A stretch of DNA of 52,382 bases from Tepidisphaeraceae bacterium (lineage in GTDB: Bacteria > Planctomycetota > Phycisphaerae > Tepidisphaerales > Tepidisphaeraceae): assembly GCA_035459845.1 (NCBI GenBank), contig DATHXE010000632.1, forward strand, positions 1-52,382, written 5' to 3'. A model generated the notes under the pieces. It worked only from the letters and a program-made list of their open reading frames with translations, did no database searches and was not told the DNA's origin. Shown piece by piece: positions 34,709-42,695 of the stretch. Position 1 is the first letter of the stretch, and each line of letters starts with the position of its first letter. The translations under genes were made by a program, and so were the position numbers.

Positions 34709-37700
34709 CTACTTCAAATTCACCGTCCCCACCTCAACCCAATCCTTCGAATCCTTGAGTCGAAGCGTCAGCGGCTTCCGCACCTCGTCCGGCCGACCGA
34801 AGTTCGTGATCACGGTCGCCTGCACCGTCGTCGGGCCGACCAACTTCTGGTCCCGGTTCCCGTAAAAGTGCACCTTGATCTTGTACTCGCCCGGCATCAA
34901 CTTCTTCAGGCAGTACTCTTCGGGCCCGTACCCTTGCGTGAAGTCGCGCGACACCAGTCCGCCGATCGTCGTCCGGTTGTGCGAGTAGTTGCACTCCTCG
35001 CCGCTGGGCTCGACCACGTGCAGGTCGATGTCCGTGTTGTCGGTATCCCAGGTCAGGACAATCCGCAGGTCCGTGTCCAGCAGGTGCACCAGCCGGTTGT
35101 CGAACGGGTGGCTGACCGGCTGACCGCCGTTGATCGTCGCCGATTTGGTGATGATCCGGTTCGCCTCCATCAGCGCGATCACCTCGATCTCGTCGAAGCG
35201 CTGCCACTGCTGCATGACGACCTTGTGGAGCAGTTCAAGCGCGCGGGTGTAATCCGCCGTCGGGTGCGGCCGGCCATCCATCACCCAGATCGCCCGCCCG
35301 GTCACCGGCGCCTCGCCCGCCCGGTCCGCGTGCGCCAGCGCCAGGTCGCGCCAGCTCTGCGGCTCCTCCGGCCGGAGCTTGGTCACCTGCTCGAACAAGT
35401 CGATCGCCAAATTGATCTCGCCCATCTGCTGGAGCTTGTGGGCCGCGATCCGCATCAGCCGGCCGTCGTCCAGGCCGAGCTCTGGGATGTTCGTCAGCAC
35501 CCGCACGGCCAGCTCGCGCTGGTCGTACTTGGCGAAGAACTCCGCGCAATCCAGGAAGAACGCCGGCGTCGATTTGAGCGTCTTCGCTTGATCGGAATAG
35601 ATCGCGTACCGGTCCTCCGGCTTGGCGGCCGCCAGCGCCTTAAGGTACGGGGCGTCGGGCGACCATTCCTTGATCGTGATCGTCGCGCCCGCCGCGCCCT
35701 TGGTCGCGTCGTCCTTGCCGTCCTTCAGGCTCACCCGCGTCCCGCGCACCGCCAGCGTGCGGCCTTCCGAGCGGAGGGTCGCTTCGTGCTCCACGGAGCC
35801 GTCGCGTGCCGCCGCCCCACGCCCGCGCCGATCTTCCGCGCCATCCGCGCGCGAATCGGATTGGGCGAACCGCTCCCGGGGAGCCTGTTCCGCCGCCGCG
35901 GCATTGCCCGCCGGCGCCGCCCCCTGCCCCTGCTGATTTGCCGGCATGGGCCGATCCGGGCTCGGGCGCGCCGTTGTGGGCGGAGACGCGGGCGCCGCAT
36001 CGGCGATTGCGGGCGCGGCCGCCGCCGGAGCACCGCTCAACGCCGACGCCGGCCCACGACCACCGCCACCGCCCGCTGCCATCGCCGCCGCTTTCGCCGC
36101 CACCGGCGGGACGAACTTGAACCCGTCCGGATACTTGAACTCCTTCCCCCACCAATCCTGCCGCGCCTTCCACATCGCCAGCACGCGGGTGATCTTCGAC
36201 TCCGTCTCCTTCGCCGTCGCCTCCCGCCGCTGCTCGATCCGCTTCATGAACTCCGCGTACATCGCCGGCTGACTCTTCGGCGGGACGATCTGGTGCTCCA
36301 CGTATTGTTCCACCCGCTCGAGCACGATCATCGATGTGAATGCCGTCACCAGGTTGAATTCTTTGCCCAGCCGCGTGATCTCGCGCTGGTGCTTGTCCTC
36401 TTCCAGTCCTAGTTCTGCCAATCGCGCCTGCGCCCAATACCGCGGAATCAACCCCGTCTCGGTCGCCCCGTCCTGCTTCAGCTCGATCACTTCGCGGTGC
36501 GTCACCTGCGCCCCGACGCCATAGTTCAGCGTGATCTTCGCCGTCGGCGTAAGCAGTCGACCGGTCACCGTGATGCGCCCGTCCACCGGCGTCGCCACGC
36601 TCGGGTACACGTCGGCCACCTGTCCCTTGTCGTAATCGACCGACAGCAGCGCGAACGGCGCCTGTGTGATTGCCGCCAGCGCCTGCGCATCGCTTACCCG
36701 CTGCAAATTCACGTACGCCCCACCCGACTTCCCTGCCAAATGCCGCAGCCCCGCATGGTGCGAGCGCGGGTCCACCGCGATCGGGTACACCGGCGCATCG
36801 ATCACCCGCGGCAGGTCACCGCCCAAGTTCGCCAGGCCGTCCGTAAAGAGAAGCCAATACGCAATCCCCGGCAGCGTCTCGTCCCGCGCACCGTGATTCG
36901 TCTCCTTCTCGATCGCCAGCGCCGCCAGCGAGGTGCCACCGTCGTAGATCGTCGCACCCAAATGCCGCAGGATCTCCTTCGCGTCCCCACCCTTCACCCA
37001 GAACTGCTTGGCCCCCTCGGGCCGGTCCCGGAACACGACCACGTCCACGATCACGTCGCCGATCGACTTCACGTGCTGCTCGATCAAACCGAGCTCCCGC
37101 TTGTGATCGACATCGCCACGCGACATCGAAGCGTCCCACGCGATCGCGATCCGCGCGGGCTTGGCCGCCTGCGCTCGTTGCGGCGCCTCTTTGAAATCAT
37201 CGGTCACGGCGAAGTAGTGATCGGTCTTGAGGAATTGGTCGGCCGTCTTCGGGTCGAGGTTTTCGACCGAGACCGCGTGCCGCGTCTTCTTCTCTACCGC
37301 GACGAGCCGGCGGTTCGCGTCCGGCAGAGCCACTTCCAGCGTCGTCTTGAGCGCCACGTTCTCGAACGTCTGCTCGGCGACGAACCCCGCCTGTTCCTTC
37401 TTGAACGCCAGCCCCTCCATCCCCTTGGGCGCCATCGGCTCGACCGCCGACTGCAACACCTCCACCCGCACCGACGCCTGCGCGACCGCCTGCTCCCAGT
37501 TCAGCGGGAGCACATAGCTGAGGCTCCCGGCCTTCGTCGCCACCAGGTCCGACACGTACTGCACGCGGATCGTCCGCGTCCCCTTGGCCGGGATCGGGTA
37601 CACGCGCGTGCGGAAGTTGTTCCCCTTCACCTTCTCAACGATGCCCGGGTCGATCCCCTTGCGCACCTCGGTCTCGAACACGACCCGCGCCTTCTCCTTC

Positions 37701-37999
37701 TCGATCGTCACTGCGTCGACCAGCGACCCGTTCACGTCCAGCGCGTACGCGCACACGGCCGCGTTCTCCGGCAGCGGGAAGACGAGTTCGCCCTCCAGCA
37801 CCCGATCCGCGTCGTTGCGGAACGTCAGCGTCATCGTCGTCTGCGCGAGTTGCCCCGCGATCTGCACCGCGACGTCCGCCTTCGCCAGCGCGACCGGGTG
37901 CTTCTTCTCCCCCTCGCTCACCAGCAACTGCGGCGACTGCCCCCAAGCCGCCTGCGACACCAGAAACGACGCCAGCACCCCGACGAGAATTGCGCGCAT
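34709..37999 (-). CDS. large exported VIT - von Willebrand A - helical region - DUF2135 protein
   Basis: The ATG at 37999 gives the signal peptide MRAILVGVLASFLVSQAAWG. A VIT-like N-terminus follows (ADVAVQIAGQLAQTTMTLTFRN...YALDVNG), then a vWA domain (IAIAWDASMS...GGTSL). The C-terminus is DUF2135-like (DIDLHVVEPSGEECNYSH...GYGPEEY). Confidence 0.85.
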   Translation of the reverse strand: MRAILVGVLASFLVSQAAWGQSPQLLVSEGEKKHPVALAKADVAVQIAGQLAQTTMTLTFRNDADRVLEGELVFPLPENAAVCAYALDVNGSLVDAVTIEKEKARVVFETEVRKGIDPGIVEKVKGNNFRTRVYPIPAKGTRTIRVQYVSDLVATKAGSLSYVLPLNWEQAVAQASVRVEVLQSAVEPMAPKGMEGLAFKKEQAGFVAEQTFENVALKTTLEVALPDANRRLVAVEKKTRHAVSVENLDPKTADQFLKTDHYFAVTDDFKEAPQRAQAAKPARIAIAWDASMSRGDVDHKRELGLIEQHVKSIGDVIVDVVVFRDRPEGAKQFWVKGGDAKEILRHLGATIYDGGTSLAALAIEKETNHGARDETLPGIAYWLLFTDGLANLGGDLPRVIDAPVYPIAVDPRSHHAGLRHLAGKSGGAYVNLQRVSDAQALAAITQAPFALLSVDYDKGQVADVYPSVATPVDGRITVTGRLLTPTAKITLNYGVGAQVTHREVIELKQDGATETGLIPRYWAQARLAELGLEEDKHQREITRLGKEFNLVTAFTSMIVLERVEQYVEHQIVPPKSQPAMYAEFMKRIEQRREATAKETESKITRVLAMWKARQDWWGKEFKYPDGFKFVPPVAAKAAAMAAGGGGGRGPASALSGAPAAAAPAIADAAPASPPTTARPSPDRPMPANQQGQGAAPAGNAAAAEQAPRERFAQSDSRADGAEDRRGRGAAARDGSVEHEATLRSEGRTLAVRGTRVSLKDGKDDATKGAAGATITIKEWSPDAPYLKALAAAKPEDRYAIYSDQAKTLKSTPAFFLDCAEFFAKYDQRELAVRVLTNIPELGLDDGRLMRIAAHKLQQMGEINLAIDLFEQVTKLRPEEPQSWRDLALAHADRAGEAPVTGRAIWVMDGRPHPTADYTRALELLHKVVMQQWQRFDEIEVIALMEANRIITKSATINGGQPVSHPFDNRLVHLLDTDLRIVLTWDTDNTDIDLHVVEPSGEECNYSHNRTTIGGLVSRDFTQGYGPEEYCLKKLMPGEYKIKVHFYGNRDQKLVGPTTVQATVITNFGRPDEVRKPLTLRLKDSKDWVEVGTVNLK

Positions 38000-38071
38000 G
38001 ACCGCTCCTTCGTTGGTCAACCTTGTCGGTTCGACGCTCGGACAGCGGAATGGTTTCAGAAACCCGTCACC

Positions 38072-38226
38072 GAAAGCTCGAAGGACGAAACTCGAAGCTC
38101 GGATCAATGACGAATCCCGAAAGTCGAATGACGAAAAACGCGTCGCGCGCCGGCGGCGGTTTCGTCATTCGCCCTTCGTCATTCGAGTTTGATTCGAATT
38201 TCGAGTTTCGACCTTCGTCATTGTCC
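38072..38226. repeat. imperfect low-GC inverted repeat of about 155 nt (CGAATGACGAA / CGAAACTCGAA units) with a GC-rich loop
   Basis: The arms are 38072-38142 and 38157-38226. They share cgaatgacgaaa, aatgacgaa and cgaaactcgaa in inverted order around the loop tcgcgcgccggcg. Confidence 0.65.
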
Positions 38227-38230
38227 TCCC

Positions 38231-38611
38231 CTACTTCGGCACCCCCATCAACCCCATCACCGCCCCCGCCGGGTCCTGAATCACGCAGAACGCGTCGCCG
38301 AGCCACTTGAGCACCCGCCCGCCCCGCGCCTCGGCCGCCGCCGCGCTCGCCTTCGCGTCCGCCACCCAAACGTATACGACCCACTGCGCCGGCAGATCCG
38401 CGTTCTCCGCGCGCGCATGACAGACGCCCGCGACCACCATTTTCGTCTCCCCTACGAGCATGTTGAAATCCGAGTACCCCTCCATCTCCTGCTCGGACGA
38501 GTCCCACCCGATGACCGCCCGGTAGAAGTCGCGGATCGGGCTCGCCTCCGCGACGGTCAGGTCGAGCCACCCGATCGTCCCGACTTTCGGTTTCAATTCG
38601 TCCATGAGCAT
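38231..38611 (-). CDS. VOC/glyoxalase-like family protein
   Basis: Only the last 126 codons of the 582-aa track ORF look genuine: MLMDELKPKVGTIGWLDLTV...FCVIQDPAGAVMGLM. The upstream part of that ORF is antisense to the phosphohexomutase gene. Confidence 0.75.
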   Translation of the reverse strand: MLMDELKPKVGTIGWLDLTVAEASPIRDFYRAVIGWDSSEQEMEGYSDFNMLVGETKMVVAGVCHARAENADLPAQWVVYVWVADAKASAAAAEARGGRVLKWLGDAFCVIQDPAGAVMGLMGVPK

Positions 38612-38694
38612 TTCCCAAAACAAGCCGGGGCAGAGCACGAGTTGCGCCAGCAACTCGTGCGCCGCCCCGGATGGCGCGGATTCCCAAACTAACC

Positions 38695-40101
38695 TTACTT
38701 CAACACCCGATCCACCACCGCCTGTACGCGCGCCACCAGTTCTTCCGCCCCCGCGCGGTCCGGCCCTTCGGCGATGATCCGCATGATCGGCTCCGTATTG
38801 CTCGGCCGCGCGTGCACCCACGCCCGCTCCTTCGCCCAGTCGATCCGGATCCCGTCCTGCGTGTCGACCTTCTCCGAGCCGAACTCCGTCTTCAGCGCCT
38901 CGACGGCGCGGTCCGCGTCCTCGCGACGGCACTCGAACTTCGTCTTGACGATCTCGTAACGCGGGATCTCCGAGACGAGTTGCGCGACGCTCTTTCCCGT
39001 CGAGGCCATCAGTTGCAGCACGTACGCCATGCCGACCAGCGAGTCGCGCCCCGGCACGATCCGCGTGTCGATGATCCCGCCGTTGCCTTCGCCCCCGATG
39101 ACCGCGCCTTCTTTCAGCATCGCCTGGACGACGTTCGCCTCGCCGACCGACGTTCGCAACACCCGCCCGCCATGCTTGGCCGCCAGGTCGTCGATCATCC
39201 GGCTGGTCGACAGGTTCGCCGCCACCGCCCCGGGCTTCTTCGACAGGATCAACATCGCACACAGCGCGAGCGAATATTCCTCGCCGATGTACTTCCCGTT
39301 CTCGTCGACGATCGCCAGCCGGTCCGCGTCGGGGTCCTGCGCGAAGCCGACCTGTGCCTTCTGCCGGCGCACCTCGTCCGCGAGCCCGGTCAGGTTCTTC
39401 TCCGTCGGCTCGGGCTCGTGGGCGAACTGCCCGTCCGGCGTGCCGTTCAGATGCACGACCTGGCACCCCAGCTTGCTCAGCAGCGTCGCCGTCGCCACGC
39501 ACCCCGCACCGTTCACGCTGTCGAGCACCACCTTGAACCGCTTGCTCGAGATGCCCAGCACGTCCACGTAGTCCAGCACCCGCTTGACGTGCAGGGCGTG
39601 CGTCTCGCTGTTCCGCTTCGGCTGCACGAGCTTGTCGACCCGCACGTACTCCGTCGCCTGCGCGTCGAACAGTTCTTTGATCTTCGCCGCCGCCTCGGGC
39701 GGGAGCGCCACGGCGTCCGAGTTCAGCAGCTTGAGCCCGTTCCACTGGATCGGGTTGTGGGATGCGGTCGCGATCATGCCCGCGTCGGCCCCGAGGTGCT
39801 TGACCATCATCGCCACGCCCGGCGTGGTGACGATGTCCAGGTCGATGACCTCGATCCCGCTCGCCGTCAGCGCCGCCGCGGCCGCGTCGCGCACCCACGG
39901 CCCGCTCGGTCGGGAATCGCGCCCGAACACCAGCCGGTGGTGCGTGCCGTTGACGGGTTTCGCGCTCTGCTTGAGCCACACCGCGAACGCCGCCGCCATC
40001 CGCGTCACCACGGGCGGGGTCAGGGTCCCGCCGACCGTCCCCCGCATGCCCGACACGCCGATCATCAACGCTTCCATGGGTTCCTTCCGCTTCAGAGTCA
40101 T
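38695..40101 (-). CDS. alpha-D-phosphohexomutase (phosphomannomutase/phosphoglucomutase/GlmM-like)
   Basis: Has the active-site loop TASHNPIQWNGLK, the metal loop FAQDPDADRLAI, and GEGNGGI. The start is ATG at 40101 or 40077. Confidence 0.9.
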   Translation of the reverse strand: MTLKRKEPMEALMIGVSGMRGTVGGTLTPPVVTRMAAAFAVWLKQSAKPVNGTHHRLVFGRDSRPSGPWVRDAAAAALTASGIEVIDLDIVTTPGVAMMVKHLGADAGMIATASHNPIQWNGLKLLNSDAVALPPEAAAKIKELFDAQATEYVRVDKLVQPKRNSETHALHVKRVLDYVDVLGISSKRFKVVLDSVNGAGCVATATLLSKLGCQVVHLNGTPDGQFAHEPEPTEKNLTGLADEVRRQKAQVGFAQDPDADRLAIVDENGKYIGEEYSLALCAMLILSKKPGAVAANLSTSRMIDDLAAKHGGRVLRTSVGEANVVQAMLKEGAVIGGEGNGGIIDTRIVPGRDSLVGMAYVLQLMASTGKSVAQLVSEIPRYEIVKTKFECRREDADRAVEALKTEFGSEKVDTQDGIRIDWAKERAWVHARPSNTEPIMRIIAEGPDRAGAEELVARVQAVVDRVLK

Positions 40102-40382
40102 CGCCGACGAACGTGCATCACTAAAGTGAGCACGCCGGTGGCTTATCGGACGAGATTCGCGCCCGGGTTCCGACCGATACCCCCTATATCGTCCCGCGTC
40201 CGTGCCCGCGCCATTATGAGTTTGCCCACCCCGCGGGCAACCCATATCATCGTCTATCCCATGCCCGCCCTGCCCCCCATCCGGTGCCGCTGTACGCGTT
40301 GACGCGCCTGTCGTGTCCGCGTGACCCACGGAGCAAGCTCCGTGGGCTTTCGTCTAGTTTTCCCTCTCTGCCCCCCCCTGCC

Positions 40383-41420
40383 ATGTCCAAGCACCTCCTC
40401 AACCAGCGCCTGCCCCAGGTCGTCGAGCACCTCGTCCGGTCGATCACGTCCCAGCCGACGATGCGCCACCTCGACCGCGTGCTCCTGCCCAGCCGCGACG
40501 CGGTCATCCGCGCCGTCGACCTCCTCCGCCAGCTCGTCTTCCCCGGCTACTTCGGCCGGCACGACCTGACGACCGAGAACATCCCCTACCGCGTCGGCGA
40601 GCTCGTCATCGAGCTCCACGAGATCCTCTACGACCAGGTCCGCTGCTGCCTGCGGTACCGCGAGGGCATCACGGGCGACGACAACGGTGCGACCGCCGCG
40701 CGCGCGAACGGCAACGGCCACTCTCAGGACTCAGCACTTAGCACTCAGCACTCGGGTGCGCCGCAGATCGCCTGCACCCCCGCCACCTGCGACAACGAGG
40801 CCGTCCGGGTCGTCGCGACGTTCATCGACCGCATCCCCGACGTCCGCCGGATGCTCGCCGCCGACGTCCAGGTGGCGTTCGATAGCGACCCGGCCGCCAA
40901 ATCGACCGACGAGACGATCTTCTGCTACCCCGGCCTCTTCGCGATCTTCGTCCAGCGGCTGGCCCACGAGCTGCACGCGCTCGACGTCCCATTGCTCCCT
41001 CGGATGATGACCGAGTACGCCCACTCGCGCACCGGGATCGACATCCACCCCGGGGCCAAGCTCGGCGAGTCGTTCTTCATCGACCACGGCACGGGCGTCG
41101 TCATCGGCGAGACGACCACGATCGGCCGAAACGTGAAGGTCTACCAGGGCGTGACGCTCGGCGCCCTGGCGCCCGCGTACGGCCAGGCCCTGCGCGGGCA
41201 AAAGCGCCACCCGACGATCGAGGACGGCGTAACGATCTATGCCGGGGCCACCATCCTCGGCGGCGAGACGACGATCGGCACCGGCTGCGTCATCGGCGGC
41301 AACGTGTTCATCACGTCGAGCGTCCCCCCGCACAACCAGGTCGTCGGCGAACCGCCCAAGCTCAAGTTCCGCGAGCGCCGCCCGCGCGGGCAGCGGGATA
41401 CGGTGGATTTTCAGATCTGA
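40383..41420 (+). CDS. cysE: serine O-acetyltransferase (long form)
   Basis: A SATase N-domain is followed by left-handed beta-helix hexapeptide repeats (GIDIHPGAKLGESFFIDHGTGVVIGETTTIGRNVKVYQGVTLG). The start is ATG at 40383. Confidence 0.85.
   Translation: MSKHLLNQRLPQVVEHLVRSITSQPTMRHLDRVLLPSRDAVIRAVDLLRQLVFPGYFGRHDLTTENIPYRVGELVIELHEILYDQVRCCLRYREGITGDDNGATAARANGNGHSQDSALSTQHSGAPQIACTPATCDNEAVRVVATFIDRIPDVRRMLAADVQVAFDSDPAAKSTDETIFCYPGLFAIFVQRLAHELHALDVPLLPRMMTEYAHSRTGIDIHPGAKLGESFFIDHGTGVVIGETTTIGRNVKVYQGVTLGALAPAYGQALRGQKRHPTIEDGVTIYAGATILGGETTIGTGCVIGGNVFITSSVPPHNQVVGEPPKLKFRERRPRGQRDTVDFQI
40723..40753 (+). repeat. single arm of the CTCAGGA/CTCAGCA heptamer element embedded in-frame in cysE
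   Basis: ctcaggactcagcacttagcactcagcactc differs by one base over the aligned stretch from the arm at 11895-11923. It encodes SQDSALSTQHS within an apparent insertion. Confidence 0.7.
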
Positions 41421-41653
41421 AGCGATCGTGAGCCGACGTTGCACGGACCTTCCACGCCGGGGCAGAGCGCACGGGCTTTGCCCGAAGCGCCGCTCCCGAT
41501 CCGTTCGATCGGGATGAAGCGTTGGCGTTCGACGGTGAACCATTTCAATCTCAGCGCGACTACAATCATCCCCCCCGGACGCGCTGGGCAAGCCCAGCGG
41601 CTAAAAGGGGATGCGGTTGCCGCGCTAACGCGCGTGATCGCACCGTGTCTATC

Positions 41654-42442
41654 ATGCCTGCAAGGACGCCCATGAAACCGACTCCCCTGCTCATTGCGAT
41701 CGCGCTCCTCGTCGCCGCCCCGACCGACGCCGCCCCGCTCGCGCCGGATGCCGACCTCGACGCCGTCCTCGACGCCCTCCACAAGCGTGGCGAGGGCCTC
41801 AAGGACTTCTCCGCCGACGTGAAACTCACCACCAGCAGCGACCAGGACGGCTCGGGCGCGACACAGGCCGGCAAGGTCGTCTACCAGAACCGCGAGAACG
41901 CCGCGGCCCGCGTCCGCGTGTCGTTCGCGACCTCGACCACGATCAACGACGCTGGCAAGGCCGGCGCCACGGTTAAGCGTCCCCTCGACTACATGCTCCA
42001 GGACGGCTGGCTCACCGACCGGGACTACACCAAGAAGCTGGAGGTCCGCCGGCAGGTCCTCCGCCCTGGCCAGCGGATGAACCTCCTCAAACTCGGCGAG
42101 GGCCCGTTCCCGCTGCCGATCGGCCAGCCCAAGGAGGAGGTCAAGAAGCAGTTCGACGTGACCAAGCCCGCCGCGTCCGCGGACGACCCGAAGAACACGA
42201 TCCGCCTCGTGCTGACCCCGAAGGCCGGCACGCAGTTCGCCAAGCGGATCAAGACGCTCGACGTCTGGGTCGACCGCGACTCGCACTTCCCGACGCGCAT
42301 CGACGCCGCCGAGAAGAGCCAGTCGACCCGCTCGACGGAGCTGACGAACCTGAAGGTCAACGCGGGCGTCGCCGACGCCAGTTTCGAACTCCCCGACATC
42401 GCCAAGGAAGGTTGGAACCGGCGGGAAGAGCCGTTCGAGTGA
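41654..42442 (+). CDS. exported LolA-like (outer-membrane lipoprotein carrier/sorting fold) protein
   Basis: Has a signal peptide (PLLIAIALLVAAPTDA). Its length and beta-rich pattern, with LKDFSADVKL near the N-terminus, are typical of LolA-like proteins. The assignment is from memory of the family and is not certain. Confidence 0.5.
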   Translation: MPARTPMKPTPLLIAIALLVAAPTDAAPLAPDADLDAVLDALHKRGEGLKDFSADVKLTTSSDQDGSGATQAGKVVYQNRENAAARVRVSFATSTTINDAGKAGATVKRPLDYMLQDGWLTDRDYTKKLEVRRQVLRPGQRMNLLKLGEGPFPLPIGQPKEEVKKQFDVTKPAASADDPKNTIRLVLTPKAGTQFAKRIKTLDVWVDRDSHFPTRIDAAEKSQSTRSTELTNLKVNAGVADASFELPDIAKEGWNRREEPFE

Positions 42443-42622
42443 ATAAACGCTCGGAGGGACGTCGCAATAGCGCGAAGGGGCATTCAAGGACCGAGGTTCG
42501 GGGTGGCGCGATGATCGGGCGCGTCAGCAACGCGTTGCGTTGCAGCTACCGTGAGACTCTCGCGCGCTCCTTCCTGTTTGCGGCCCCGATCCCGTCACCA
42601 AACCATCACCCGCGCGCAAAAC

Positions 42623-42656
42623 AACACCGGCAGGCGCTCGCGCGCCTGCCGGTGTT
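42623..42656. terminator. bidirectional terminator hairpin between convergent genes
   Basis: The 15-nt arms aacaccggcaggcgc (42623-42637) and gcgcctgccggtgtt (42642-42656) pair around the 4-nt loop tcgc. The minus strand follows with gttttg. Confidence 0.6.
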
Positions 42657-42695
42657 TACCCACGCAAAACGAACCCATCCGTCCGTCCGCGTAAA

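Noticed and set aside
38612-39979. The upstream 456 codons of the 582-aa track ORF 38231-39979.
   Set aside because: This portion overlaps the phosphohexomutase gene in another frame and has junk composition. Only the last 126 codons (38231-38611) resemble a VOC-family protein.
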